Assembly: GCA_964035545.1 (NCBI GenBank)
Contig: OZ037768.1
Location: 20,195,700-20,259,699, forward strand
Direction of reading: 5' to 3'
From: Bugula neritina
Taxonomy: Eukaryota > Animalia > Bryozoa
DNA: 64,000 bases
The notes below the pieces were generated by a model. It made no database searches. It saw only the letters and a list, made by a program, of their open reading frames with translations, and was not told where the DNA came from. Position 1 is the stretch's first letter; every line of letters starts with the position of its first letter. Positions 39,223-50,610 of the stretch are shown here, piece after piece. A program made the translations under genes and the position numbers.

Positions 39223-42200
39223 GGAAGAAGAAACGCAGGTCACCCAGACGGGCACCGCGTACTGGCAACCAACAGTGGCAACAGCCGCGACGGACCAGCA
39301 AGGGGCTTCGCCCCGCGGCTGCCTTTTCTATGCCCCTTCACAACAGATTCACAGGGCTACAAGTCCAAGAATCTGGATGGGAGCACACAAAAGTAGCTGA
39401 GAAACCAGCCTCGGCACCCCCGAGGCCTACCTATCACCGCCCCAAGAGACCCCCTTCGCGACCCAAAGCGAGGGAGGTACTCCCTGCGAGAGTCAGGCCT
39501 GAAGGGAGAGTTCAGGTGCAGCCCCATGGGAACAGCTATTTCTTGCCCGGTAAACTGGAAGGCAAAGCTGTTACTTTTCTCATTGATTCGGGCTGTACCA
39601 CGAACCTCTTAAGCCGCCAACTCTTCGACACCCTCAGTGCTAGGGTCAGGGGCGAGATGGAAGCATACGAAGGGGAATACGGCACCCTAGCTGACGGGTC
39701 GTGCCTTCCCTTCTATGGTATAATTGAGCTGACGGGACGAGTCCGCGATCAAACGATCCAAGAGACGTTCATCGTCAGTCAGCTCAAGGAGGATGCTATC
39801 CTCGGGATGCCGTTCCTTAAACGGCACGGATGTCACATAGATTTTAGCAGATCTGCAATGATGATGTCCGGGCGGGAACTCGCCTGCGTCGACAAGTTCG
39901 GCTGCCCTTTAGTGGGAGGTGTGCAAGTGGTACGCAACCGTACCATACCAGGCCGCTCCCGGGCTACCATTCACTGCAGGGTGAATAGTAGCCGGATCTC
40001 TGGACTCGGGGTGGTTGAAGGCGCGCACGAAAAGATCCAACTTGCCAGCAGTCTGAATCAGCTGACTGAGCAAGGGGAGATCTTAGTGCAGTGCGTCAAC
40101 CCCTTTACCGAGCCTATCAAGCTCCCGGCTGGGTCGATGCTGGGCCGTTTTCACTCTGTTCAAGAGGGAGACGTAGGCCCGTCGTTGGGTGATGCGACAG
40201 AGGCACCCCCTCGACACCCTATTCAAGGACGAGGGGCAGTCCCAACACATCTCCGGGAGTTATATGAAACAGCCAGTGGCGGCTGCGCGAGTAACAGGGA
40301 ACGCCAAGCTATGGCTAAGTTACTACGCGACTACGGTGATGTGTTCAGCAGCGGAGAGCATGACGTGGGACTGACTGGAATTGTCAGACACGAAATACCG
40401 CTGACTGCAGGGACAGTCCCTGTCCGGCAGCCCACACGCAGGCTGGGGCCGGAGAAAGAGAAGGAGGTTAGCCGACAAGTACGGGATCTTCTGGACCGGG
40501 GACTGATAGAGCCCGCCCATAGTGCGTGGAGCTCGCCAGTTGTACTGGTCCGGAAGAAAGACGGCAGTTGGCGGTTCTGTGTGGACTACCGCAAACTCAA
40601 TAGCGTAACCATACAGGACGCCTACCCTCTACCTCGTATTGACGAGTCATTGGACGCCCTAGCCGGCAGCAAGTACTTCAGTACGTTAGACTTGCTAAGC
40701 GGCTATTGGCAGGTTCCTCTGAGTCCCGACGCCCAAGAGAAAGCGGCGTTTATCACACGGGACGGTTTGTGGAAGTGGAAGGTGCTGCCCTTCGGGTTAA
40801 CCTCCGCCCCAGCCACCTTCCAGAGGCTGATGGAACAAGTCCTTAGCGGACTCCATTGGAAGACACTGCTGGTCTACCTCGATGATGTCATCGTAATCTC
40901 TCCAGACTTCGAGACACATGTCAGTCGTCTGCAGGAGGTTTTCGAGAGACTCCGAGGTGCCGGTCTTAAGCTCAAACCTTCCAAGTGCGCTCTGTTGCAG
41001 CCGGAGGTCAAGTACCTGGGGCACGTTGTCGGTCGAAACGGCGTGGCAACGGATCCCGAAAAGGTACGGGCAGTAGAAGACTGGGTCACCCCTCAAGACT
41101 TGACCGGACTCCGGGCTTTCTTGGGGCTGGTAGGGTATTACAGGCAATACATACCAGACTTTGCGGGCATAGCCCAGCCGTTAAACCGGCTTACCGCAAA
41201 GGGAGTGACGTGGCAGTGGACTCCAGTCGAACAAGAAGCGTTCGACCGCCTCAAGGGCTGCCTCCTAACGGCGCCCATCTTGGCCTACCCAGACCCCACT
41301 CTGGAGTACATCCTAGACACGGACGCCAGTGACCAGAATGTTGGCGCTGTGCTGTCACAAGTGCAGGAAGGCCGAGAAGTAGTAGTAGCCTACTACAGCA
41401 AGTCTCTCTCTCCCGCTGAACGAAATTACTGCACTACCCGCAAGGAGCTGCTGGCAGTAATCAAGTCAGTGAAGCACTTCAGACCATACCTATATGGCAG
41501 GAAGTTCCGGCTGCGTACGGATCATGCCTCGCTGATCTGGTTGTGCAGGAGAGCAGAGCCCTCTAGTCAGGTCGCCCGGTGGCTCGAAATCCTAGCTGAA
41601 TTCTCGTACCGGATCGAACACCGACCGGGCAAGAGACACAGCAATGCGGATGGGTTGAGCCGCCGACCTGACGGAGGTTGCAAACAGTGTCTCAACATCG
41701 AGAGGAGGGATGGAGGTCCCCCTCGATGCGAGTTGGAGACGCTGGCTCATCACGGAGTACCGTTTGACTGGGATCAAGGTCAACTCAGGCAAAGAGTTGA
41801 TGAGTCCCCGGAGGATATACAAAACCTCCGCGCCAACCCTGTACTGGCCGGTAATGTTCGAGAGCTGAGGAAGCTCCAAGAAGAGCTGCCTGGAGTCGTG
41901 GCAGACATCTACCGGGCCAAAAGGGAAGGGCGACGACCCAGCGAGGAACGCATAAGACAGGGATGCGCCGAATTCCGGCTATACTGTCAGCGTTGGGACT
42001 CGCTGCGGATCGGGCAGGATGGGTTGCTAACCATCTCTCTAGCTGCCAGCGGCAGACACCCGGAAAGGAAGAGGGTAGTCTGCCCCACAGCCATCCGCCG
42101 TGAGTTGATTTGGGATACTCACAAGCAGGCCCACGCAGGGGTCAAGCGAGTGATGTCCAAATTACGACTCCGGTGGTATTGGCCGCAGATGGAGCGTGAC

Positions 42201-43733
42201 GTCCGGCTCAGAGTCAAACAGTGTGAGATCTGCCAGGCCAGTAAGCATAGCCGCCCCCCTGGTGAAGCAGGACGGCGGAGGCTATATGCTGGTAGGCCCT
42301 GGCAAGTAGTCGCTGTAGACCTGGTCGGACCCATGCCCCTGACCCCCAGAGGCAATAATTGGATCCTAGTACTAACCGACCACTTTACTAGGTGGGCGGA
42401 TGCTCTGGCTATCCCAGATGCATCAGCCCCAACAGTGGCCAGGGCACTAGACCAACATGTATTCTGTTATTTTGGGCTTCCCGAACAGATACACTCTGAT
42501 CAAGGCGCTCAATTCCAGTCTCAACTGATGAGCGACCTTTGCCACCTCTGGGGAGTAAATCAGAGCAGGACCACCCCCTACCACCCTCAAGGTAACGGGG
42601 TGGTGGAGCGCAACAACCGGATGTTAGGTGATGCGCTCCGGAGTCTCCTCCTTGGACGAAGTCAAGAGGAATGGGATACGGTGTTGCCGCAAGTCATGCG
42701 TGCATACCGTAGCACCCCACACACCAGTACTGGTGAGACCCCAAACCTCTTGATGCTCGGGAGAGAGACTCGTGTCCCTGACCATCTCACCTATCACGTT
42801 CCAGAGCAAGATAACTCAGTCCACGAGTATGCCAGTGAACTAGTGGAACGGATGAAGGCCGCACACGAGATACTGCGTCAACAGCAGTGGAAGGTGCGGC
42901 ACGAAGATTCCGATGAACCACCCCTCTATCAAAGAGGAGATAAGGTGTGGATGGTCAATTACCGTAGGCGCCGCGGACAGGCTGATAAGCTGAAGCCTAA
43001 GTTCGTAGGCCCCTACGTGGTCGTCGAGGCTATGCCCAATCATACGTACAAGATTGAGCGCTCAGGACAGGTGTCTATCCAGAATGAGTCTCGCTTGAAA
43101 CCGTATTGGGCTAGCCCCGGCGGAGTGGGAGAAGCCCCCCCGTTGTTAGAGCCCAGGAGGCAGACAACAACGCGCGGGCGACGGCGGCATGGACCTGAAT
43201 ACGAAGTGGTCATACCGCGGGAAGAAAACTTGGTGAGAGAGGAGCGGCAGCTTCTGGCAACAGAAGCGTGTCCGCCACCGCCAAGTCTAATTCCATCACT
43301 TCCAGAAACCGAGCCGGTTCCGGAAGTGCAAACCCCCACGGAGGGAGGGGCTCCATCCGGAGAACAAGAAGAGGTGACTGCTGACGGTGAAGTAGAGACG
43401 CCATTAGAGGCCTCTACTAACGAACCGGCAAGCGTGTCACCCCCCCTAGAAAGGGGACAGCGTACGAGGCAACCCCCCGCATACTTGAAGGACTTCGTAT
43501 GTGACTGCGTTAAAAGCGGCACACATGAAAGTCTAGGGGAAAACCGTACGAGAAAAGAATCGAGCAAATGTGGGAGTTGTCAACACCACGGAAATATCAA
43601 CTTTTGTATCGGCGGAAGTAGGAACAAAATTCATCCGCCGGGTGCACAAAGTCTTAATCACGCACCCCAACCACGTTGCTCGATCTTTTCATACGCTGAT
43701 GCAGTCAAGAGTAGACGTGTTTCTAAGCAGTAG
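39105..43733 (+). CDS. pol: Pol polyprotein (protease, RT, RNase H, integrase) in the -1 frame relative to gag
   Basis: Protease LIDSGC; RT LPFGL and YLDD; RNase H DTDAS, KELLA, TDH, NADGLSR; integrase HHCC (H-x3-H...CEIC), DLVGP, SDQG, VERNN; C-terminal GPY motif. No internal stops. Confidence 0.97.
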   Translation: MLGVRKSRTFPPILSLPKSGVKLPRPADVPTFRGPTKPLGKKKRRSPRRAPRTGNQQWQQPRRTSKGLRPAAAFSMPLHNRFTGLQVQESGWEHTKVAEKPASAPPRPTYHRPKRPPSRPKAREVLPARVRPEGRVQVQPHGNSYFLPGKLEGKAVTFLIDSGCTTNLLSRQLFDTLSARVRGEMEAYEGEYGTLADGSCLPFYGIIELTGRVRDQTIQETFIVSQLKEDAILGMPFLKRHGCHIDFSRSAMMMSGRELACVDKFGCPLVGGVQVVRNRTIPGRSRATIHCRVNSSRISGLGVVEGAHEKIQLASSLNQLTEQGEILVQCVNPFTEPIKLPAGSMLGRFHSVQEGDVGPSLGDATEAPPRHPIQGRGAVPTHLRELYETASGGCASNRERQAMAKLLRDYGDVFSSGEHDVGLTGIVRHEIPLTAGTVPVRQPTRRLGPEKEKEVSRQVRDLLDRGLIEPAHSAWSSPVVLVRKKDGSWRFCVDYRKLNSVTIQDAYPLPRIDESLDALAGSKYFSTLDLLSGYWQVPLSPDAQEKAAFITRDGLWKWKVLPFGLTSAPATFQRLMEQVLSGLHWKTLLVYLDDVIVISPDFETHVSRLQEVFERLRGAGLKLKPSKCALLQPEVKYLGHVVGRNGVATDPEKVRAVEDWVTPQDLTGLRAFLGLVGYYRQYIPDFAGIAQPLNRLTAKGVTWQWTPVEQEAFDRLKGCLLTAPILAYPDPTLEYILDTDASDQNVGAVLSQVQEGREVVVAYYSKSLSPAERNYCTTRKELLAVIKSVKHFRPYLYGRKFRLRTDHASLIWLCRRAEPSSQVARWLEILAEFSYRIEHRPGKRHSNADGLSRRPDGGCKQCLNIERRDGGPPRCELETLAHHGVPFDWDQGQLRQRVDESPEDIQNLRANPVLAGNVRELRKLQEELPGVVADIYRAKREGRRPSEERIRQGCAEFRLYCQRWDSLRIGQDGLLTISLAASGRHPERKRVVCPTAIRRELIWDTHKQAHAGVKRVMSKLRLRWYWPQMERDVRLRVKQCEICQASKHSRPPGEAGRRRLYAGRPWQVVAVDLVGPMPLTPRGNNWILVLTDHFTRWADALAIPDASAPTVARALDQHVFCYFGLPEQIHSDQGAQFQSQLMSDLCHLWGVNQSRTTPYHPQGNGVVERNNRMLGDALRSLLLGRSQEEWDTVLPQVMRAYRSTPHTSTGETPNLLMLGRETRVPDHLTYHVPEQDNSVHEYASELVERMKAAHEILRQQQWKVRHEDSDEPPLYQRGDKVWMVNYRRRRGQADKLKPKFVGPYVVVEAMPNHTYKIERSGQVSIQNESRLKPYWASPGGVGEAPPLLEPRRQTTTRGRRRHGPEYEVVIPREENLVREERQLLATEACPPPPSLIPSLPETEPVPEVQTPTEGGAPSGEQEEVTADGEVETPLEASTNEPASVSPPLERGQRTRQPPAYLKDFVCDCVKSGTHESLGENRTRKESSKCGSCQHHGNINFCIGGSRNKIHPPGAQSLNHAPQPRCSIFSYADAVKSRRVSKQ

Positions 43734-43757
43734 TTCAAACCATTTCACATATTCAGT

Positions 43758-44798
43758 ATGTCTTACGACAACAGATCGTGGGGTGAGTTAACTATATCTT
43801 AATACGAAACTAGATTGCATCGCTCAGCTCTGACTCACTGAGTCAATCGAGCTGGAGATAGGTTAGTGAAATACCGTAGTAAGAACTTAGTTTGACTTAG
43901 AGATTTTTATAATCTCATTGCAATACGGTTCTATCTGACTATTCACTATCATTAATCTCTACGAGGTAACTGAATGAGGAGTTGCCAAGCTGTTCAAGCT
44001 GACAACACAGCAGTGTACTGTACTAACACTGTTGAAACTTTTTCAGATTACACTCGACCCGCTACAACCAGGGTACGGGATAGAACACTTCCCGCTCCGT
44101 ATCCGGAGGACTATGCTAGTGGTGACCGGCCTGAGCCACTACGCCGCCGTTGGCGGTGGGTGTCTCCACAAACCGAAGAAGAAATAGAAACAGCCTGGGG
44201 GTCCAGAGGACGGACGAGATGCCAGATCTGTGGTGAAGATTGCGCCTCTCACCGCTCCCTTAAACTACACGTCAATGCTCATCTCCTACTGACCTTCTGC
44301 CCCTGCGGGTACAATGATGTGTATCCCTACCCCGTCACCAGACACAGAGCGGCGGGCTGTTTCCCTGGAGAAAACTATGTGGTCGACGCTAAGCTGTACC
44401 CGGAGTTCCTCACGTATATACGACCTCTGGTAAAGAAGGCCATGCTATTAGCCGTTCTATCCTCGGGGTTCCAACGTGTGTTAGACAACGCCCGCCAACA
44501 ATCCCCGCTGGTGTCTGACCGCCCTCCAATTACCTACACCCCCGAGGAAACTACATATCCAGAAGAAGGAGAGATCTCCCCTACCCCGGCGAAGAGACGG
44601 ACACCGTCCCCAGACCCAGTACGACTAGCTACAGTAGAAGAACGCCTCCTACGATTACAAGAAGAGTTCACCCAGCTGGCGCCAGATCTACTCAACACTA
44701 CCACAGGACTCTTCCAGCTGAAGGGATCCGTATGCCGTATGAAACGGAAACTGCGTACATGCCAAGCCAAGCACCGGCGTGCCCAACAAGGACTCTAG
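43758..44798 (+). CDS. Third gene of the Gypsy element: predicted spliced zinc-finger/coiled-coil protein (not env)
   Basis: Micro-exon 43758-43782 (MSYDNRSW plus G), donor GTGAGT at 43783, branch point TACTAAC 44021-44027, acceptor ctttttcag ending 44046, exon 44047-44798 in frame (258 aa). C-x2-C-x12-H-x3-H followed by C-x-C-x12-H-x4-C. Confidence 0.72.
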
Positions 44799-45079
44799 TA
44801 TGCTACCCAGAATACTCCACATTTGGTGAAGAACCAAACTCGTGTAAATGCTTAACTGCTAGACAGGTTATTCCTTGTCTAATACCACAGCTAGCTAGTA
44901 TTCCTCGTCTATCTACAGCTGGCCAATTGTATACAACGGATCGTTATAACGACTCTGTGTATTATTATGTCTCTTCCTGTATATTATGTATTATTTTTGT
45001 CCACTGATGTATGCAATTACTACTGAATGTTTTTTTTTATATATGTATCAGAAAGATGGCTTTCTGCTGGTGGGGGCGG

Positions 45080-45384
45080 TGTGGTGGTTCGTGGAACTAC
45101 CAGCAGCACAACATGTAGGGTCGCGTAATTGACCCGGAACAATGGATAGCCAATTAGCGTAGTTGATAGTTAGCAGCAATTGTAGTTTCCCGCTGCTAAG
45201 TCAGTCGAAGCTAGAGTGTGAAATAGATTAGATGTGTAACTTGTTGGAAATAATGTATCGTGTTTTTATAATGTATAATTGTGTATAAAATATACTCGTT
45301 CACTCGACTTAGCCTGGTGCAGTTCTATACTAGATAAATAGACTCTCTGGATAGCATATCAACCCTAATCTGAAAATTATAACA
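45080..45384 (+). repeat. 3' LTR
   Basis: Direct repeat of the 5' LTR, preceded by the G-rich PPT and followed by the ATAT TSD. Confidence 0.97.
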
Positions 45385-45560
45385 ATATTACTTACAGGCG
45401 TGGCAAATTGCATAAAACATTACTTCACAGTTAAAAAAGCCTAGAGTCTAAACTCTAAAATATTATATTGTTCCATGGCTGATGTCATTATAAATTAGTA
45501 GAATAATCGTGCTGTTTTGCTACGTAAATCGTATGCAAGAAAGGGTTATCAACATGATAT

Positions 45561-45867
45561 TGTTATGTTTTTCAGTATTAGGGTTGATATGCAATCCAGA
45601 GAGTCTAATTACTTGCTAGAGAACTTCACCAGGATAAGTCGAGTGAGCGAGTATATATTTCAAACACAATAACACATTACAAAAACTATACAAATACATT
45701 TAATAATTCCACACATCTAGATTATTCAACACTCTAACTTCGACTGACTAACAGCGGGAAAACTACTACTGCTACTAACTATTAAAGTCGCTAATTGGCT
45801 GTCATTGTTCCGGGTCAATTACGCGACCCTGCGTACCGTGCTGCTGGTAGCTCCACGAGCCACCACA
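45561..45867 (-). mobile_element. Solo LTR of a related Gypsy family, inverted
   Basis: Reverse complement begins tgtggtggctcgtggagctaccagcagcac...gggtcgcgtaattgacccggaacaatg and ends ...catatcaaccctaatactgaaaaacataaca. Collinear with, but diverged from, the neighbouring LTR. Flanked by ATAT at 45557-45560 and 45868-45871. Confidence 0.92.
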
Positions 45868-46177
45868 ATATTATATGGTGATGATACCAGCTAACAATAT
45901 AGTGTAGTGAATTTACAATTCACTATAAATTGTAGGTCTACTTATGCAAAGCCACTTCACCAGATTTCGTACAAATTGAATAGACTTTATTATCGCGAAT
46001 TATACAAGAAAAAAAACTGTTAACACTAATACACACGATTACATAATATAGAGTGATTTACACACAACTTTACATTATTAGAACCTGATCCACTCTGCCG
46101 GCTACGCTGCCCAACAAGCTTCCACTACACATTTGCAGCTCCGCCTACTAATTAATTGTTAGTCACATCCCATTAGT

Positions 46178-46179
<2 letters not shown>

Positions 46180-46220
<41 letters not shown>
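46180..46220. repeat. (TA)n microsatellite
   Basis: Read directly. Confidence 0.95.
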
Positions 46221-46223
<3 letters not shown>

Positions 46224-46224
46224 T

Positions 46225-48027
46225 CAGGGTTGTAGTGGTAAAAATATTCTTGGCCATACTCTCAGGCCAGGGGGCCGCCCAGGCCCCCGGCGGGGTCCGG
46301 GGCAGCGCCCCGGCCACCGAAGCCCTCAGAGTGCTTCTGATGCAAATTTATGCAATTTAAAGTCATTGTGAATTATAATTCTTCTGAAAAAAATCTGTGT
46401 TGAAATGTGCACCTCGCTATTATTTTCATACCATACCAGCTACATGACGACTGGGCATTGCTGCAAACTATATAAATATTCAGTCTTGTCCTATACCTGT
46501 TGACTGTAATGTAATGGAATGTAGTCTTACTCAACTGCAGTTAGGTTTATTCTGACACTAAGTCCAACCTGTACAGAAAAATTGCTGAATATCTCAAAAA
46601 GATGGAAGGATAGAGGCAGGTAACAAGTGCTCTCCAAATGCAACCTGATTACTTTAAATAACTAATACAGTGCTGTGCACAGAAAAAGAATAATAGATCA
46701 GAACAGAGGAAGATTGCTAATCAGAAAATATGTGTTGGTTAATTATAAAGAGCACTTTGAGTTGATAACTCATTGGCAAGCAGAAATTGGTTGAAAACCT
46801 ATTTGGAGTTTATTAGAGTACTAGTCTAATCCATAAGGTGATACCGCCACACCTCCTTACACACAATATAAAGCACACCCAAGAAAAGTATGTTAACTTG
46901 GTTTTAAAATAAAACCCCTGAGCTTCCACTAGATACATCAAGGAAATATACCCCAAAAGAACAAATTTGACAGGTTTAATATGTGTTAACCTAGAAGAGG
47001 ATTAAATGTAAAGCCAGGTGTTAGTACAATCAAACATAAAAGGTTACTTATGGTGGTGTACAGTTTGCAAAACCTTATTGCATTGATAATTAACATGCAA
47101 TAATGCTAGGTTTTTGACCAAAATGTGGATATAGTACCTGTAGACCTCAGTGATAAATTTTCATTAGCCTCTCCTACACACCTGGTACTGTTTCTTGAAG
47201 ACATTTTGATTTTATTTCTGGATTTCATGTTGGTTTTTTCCAAATTCCATTGCTTATTGACAAAATGCAAGTTCACACATGATAGATAAGGGCCACCTTC
47301 TAGCTGTCACTGCCTTGCTGAGGCCACATTATTGGTATATTATAAGAATTCAGTCCTGCCAAATAAAACCTCACTTAATTGTGCTAAAATTAAAATTTAA
47401 AAACCATGTTTTAGATCTTCCTGTTCCTCAGAGCACCTGTTTTTTGAGTTTTCAATATTTTTTTGCAAAGTTATTGACAAAAATCTACCCATTTTTGGCC
47501 AATTTTAACTGAAAAATTTATTTTTCAATCCCTGCCAAATATCTCAGCAGGAAAGCATGGTATTGGAATAGAACAAACACTGTCGGAAACCTGAGAAATT
47601 TATGCATGGTAAATTTTTTGTTCAATCTTGTCAATAGCCTTCATAGATTTTCTACAAGTTAGTGATTTATACACTGAAAATGAAAGATTTTTTCCTTAGT
47701 AATCACCAATGCACAGCACTTCGCGCTTCAGTGAACACGTAGAGATAAGAAGATGCAATGTTGATAGCTGCATAGTATTCATAGTGTAATCTCAGGCTAA
47801 ACAATCACAAGTAGGCAACACGCATGCCACCCACATAGCATTAACATAACAAGAACTTAAATTAGATTGTTAGCGAAATTTATGATATTCTCAGTGAGGA
47901 TGCCCAAACTATCCTGTGCACTAATCATCTTTCAAAAATATGCCCATACGGGCGTATGGCCTAGAACAGTCTATTTTCTTCTAGGCCATACGGCGTATGG
48001 GACCGTATGGGTACCACTACATCCCTG
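46225..48027. mobile_element. Non-autonomous hAT-like DNA transposon (about 1.8 kb)
   Basis: TIRs CAGGGTTGTAGTGGTA and TACCACTACATCCCTG (15/16 match). Repeated subterminal ccatac/gtatgg motifs and a GC-rich ggggtccggggcagcgcccc block. Flanks tataaatt/tatataat form only an imperfect 8-bp TSD. No transposase ORF. Confidence 0.75.
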
Positions 48028-50496
48028 TATATAATTGTAGGCATTATAAAAGTAAGGTGCTTATTCTATTTTTAGAAGTTCCAAATTGAAGCTAAACTTA
48101 GAGCTGGAGTTGTCCACTCGTTAAATTATTCATTCAGTTTACCTCACTAAAGATTAACTGGCTACATATACAGGACAAGGCAAGTAACAGCTGCTAAAAC
48201 TATGCAATGGCATATGAATTTTTTTCTGTTAAGCTGAGGCTGAAACCAAAATAAAGTTTTTACAGTAACATTGTTCTAGGCAGGGCAATCAAAACTTTTT
48301 TGGGTTTCCTAAACTCAACAGTACCTCCAACCTAATAATTCTCACCGGGCTGTTTTAGTCCAGCATTCAACAATAGCACTTATTTGAAATTGTTAGTTAC
48401 AAGTCACTATTCTTACATAGTTTGGCAAGAGCCCCATGTTAATCTTTTCTTTGTGGTCAGTTCTTAGCTGTCAATTCCAGCTTTGCAGGTTCCTCCTTTT
48501 TTGCCATCCTGAAACTTTACCATAATCTTTCTCTTTTCCTATTTTTAAAACTTCACTACTTTACAGCTATATAAATATTATGCTTCCAAGTTAAAAGTCT
48601 GAGGTTGAGTTTTACAGTATTTTACAGCTAGCCTTTGATCTTTTCTTTTTACATCTTTTTATTCTTTAGTATATTTTTTAACTCTATCAATTTAATACCT
48701 CTTTTGTGTACTTGCTGACTGGTTCATTACATATTAGAATTGTTATTCTCATCAATCAAATTTTTGTCCTTGGTCACTTTTTTCTTGATTGCTTTTCATG
48801 ATTTTCTCGACTTCAATTTCTTTTTCCTTGCCTTACAAGGCTGTTTTTGCTGTCAACACTCTCTTGTTTTGTGTCACTTCTGATGATAATGGGCCTAGTT
48901 TTATGCATTTTAATTTGCATTACTATTCGACACCCACACCGTCAACTGAAGATATTTTCATGTAGTATCACTTTGCAGTGATAATAATGCGCATGCAAGT
49001 TGCAACATTAATATGGTCTCTCATGAAATTTAAAACTTAATGCATATTTAATTAAGTATTTTTCTGTCCAGTTGATAAATTGAATATAATATTATAATAT
49101 TTGATAATTTCGATTTCTTATAATTGTAGTGGTATGGATGCATGCAGTGATGTAGCTAGGTTCAATATATACATGTATTGGTAATGCAGACAGCAGAAAT
49201 TCAAAGTAACACAAAAACAGCCTTGGCCTATAAAACTTTTGAGTGTTGCATTTTTTACTTTTTGAGATGATACTGCATGGGTAACCTTAAATATTAGGTT
49301 GTGGTGTTAGGCAGTCAATGTGTAAAACTCTAGTAAACCTTTGAAAGTTGCTGAATTCTTGGCCGAATGCTCTAAACTGTTTATTTGTCAATAGATACAG
49401 CTCGTGAAAAGTTGTTAAACTATTGTATGCATGTTGGTAAATTGTTAGAACTTACGTCTATATGGGATAGGCTACGTCCTGTTTCACCTACGTGTAATGC
49501 TAAATTAAATTAATTAGCATTAATTTAACGCTTTTGGTGTAGAATACTTGATGTCCAAAGCCTTTACTCTTATTTCTAAAAATATTGCTTCTCTTTCTCC
49601 CTCTCTGCCGAATTTCTATCAGCTCTTCTCCTATTTAAACTTATTTCCTGTCATCTCTGCTGATTCATCATCTGCAGGCAGCCAAATTATAACTAGCTTG
49701 TTCTTCTGCTCAGGTAGAAGCAGTTCTGGGCATGATCTATTTTTTCAGTTAGCTGAGTTGTTCAACATTATTATTTAGGCCTTTTAATATGTTTATAATA
49801 ACCTGGTTCATTTTGTAGGAGAGTAGTAATAAAATTATAAACAAAGGCTTTGGTCTAATTAGCCAGGCTTCTTTGAGGCCCTTATGTATCTCCTAGCACT
49901 TCTATCTACCCATTTCTTTTTTCGCTATGGTTGTTGCCTTTTCTATTTGAATCATTTAATTTTTCATGCATGTATATAATACTTTGGCTATTCTCTGGTT
50001 ATTTCCCCCATTCTGCACAGTCCTACTTTCTTCGTATTATTCCATTACCTTTTTCATTCCTTGCATGGTTTTTTTCCAATTATAAAACGTGTATAATATT
50101 ACTTTATTAAAATAAATATTTAAATAGAATAATTTGATTTGTTCACTATATACCACCGAACATACGGATCTAAGACTAGCATTGCTAGTAGATATTGTAT
50201 ATTTAAGGATCACCTGCATGCTTGTAATTAATTTTGCATGCACCAGCAAATTTATTATATTATATGTATAACATTATGTATTATACTGTATTATATGCAT
50301 ATTAATTTATAAACCAATAGTGTATTAATTAATATAGATATCTAAATTATAGAATAATTTAATTATTCCCTCTCTGGAGCGCAACAGCACACTCTTTGCA
50401 TAAATTTCCTTAGTCTTCGACTTGTAGCATTGCTTGTTTGTTCATCATTTGTGTCTCCCCTTTCTAAAACAAATAGAATAAACAGTTCTCATTAGA

Positions 50497-50610
50497 GAGT
50501 ATGATGGTTAATGTAGTGTGATGACTACCCAATGGTCCCCTGCACACTTGTTTGCAAGCGATAGAGGTCTCGGGGTTCGTTCGAATCCCATTGGGGTAAA
50601 GTTTTTTCAT
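50497..50610 (+). mobile_element. Degenerate tRNA-derived SINE head
   Basis: B-box-like gttcgaatccc at about 50578-50589 followed by a T run; no complete cloverleaf. Confidence 0.35.

Larger units (their letters stand above)
37927..45384 (+). mobile_element. Full-length Gypsy/Ty3 (Metaviridae) LTR retrotransposon, apparently intact and very young
   Basis: 305-bp LTRs (37927-38231, 45080-45384) with TGT...ACA ends, no differences seen by eye. 4-bp TSD ATAT at 37923-37926 and 45385-45388. PBS, G-rich PPT (about 45068-45079), gag, pol in PR-RT-RH-INT order, and a third ORF. Confidence 0.98.

Noticed and set aside
38541-43567. Antisense and alternative-frame ORFs inside gag/pol, including the 175-aa ORF at 43040-43567
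   Set aside because: Expected shadow ORFs of GC-rich coding sequence; no recognisable motifs.
43974-44798. ORF3 as an env gene, or starting at ATG 43974
   Set aside because: No signal peptide or transmembrane segment. The first 24 codons overlie the branch point and polypyrimidine tract, so they are more plausibly intronic.
50497-50610. Functional tRNA gene (also 59775-59891)
   Set aside because: Box-like motifs only; I could not fold a complete cloverleaf. Treated as SINE remnants.
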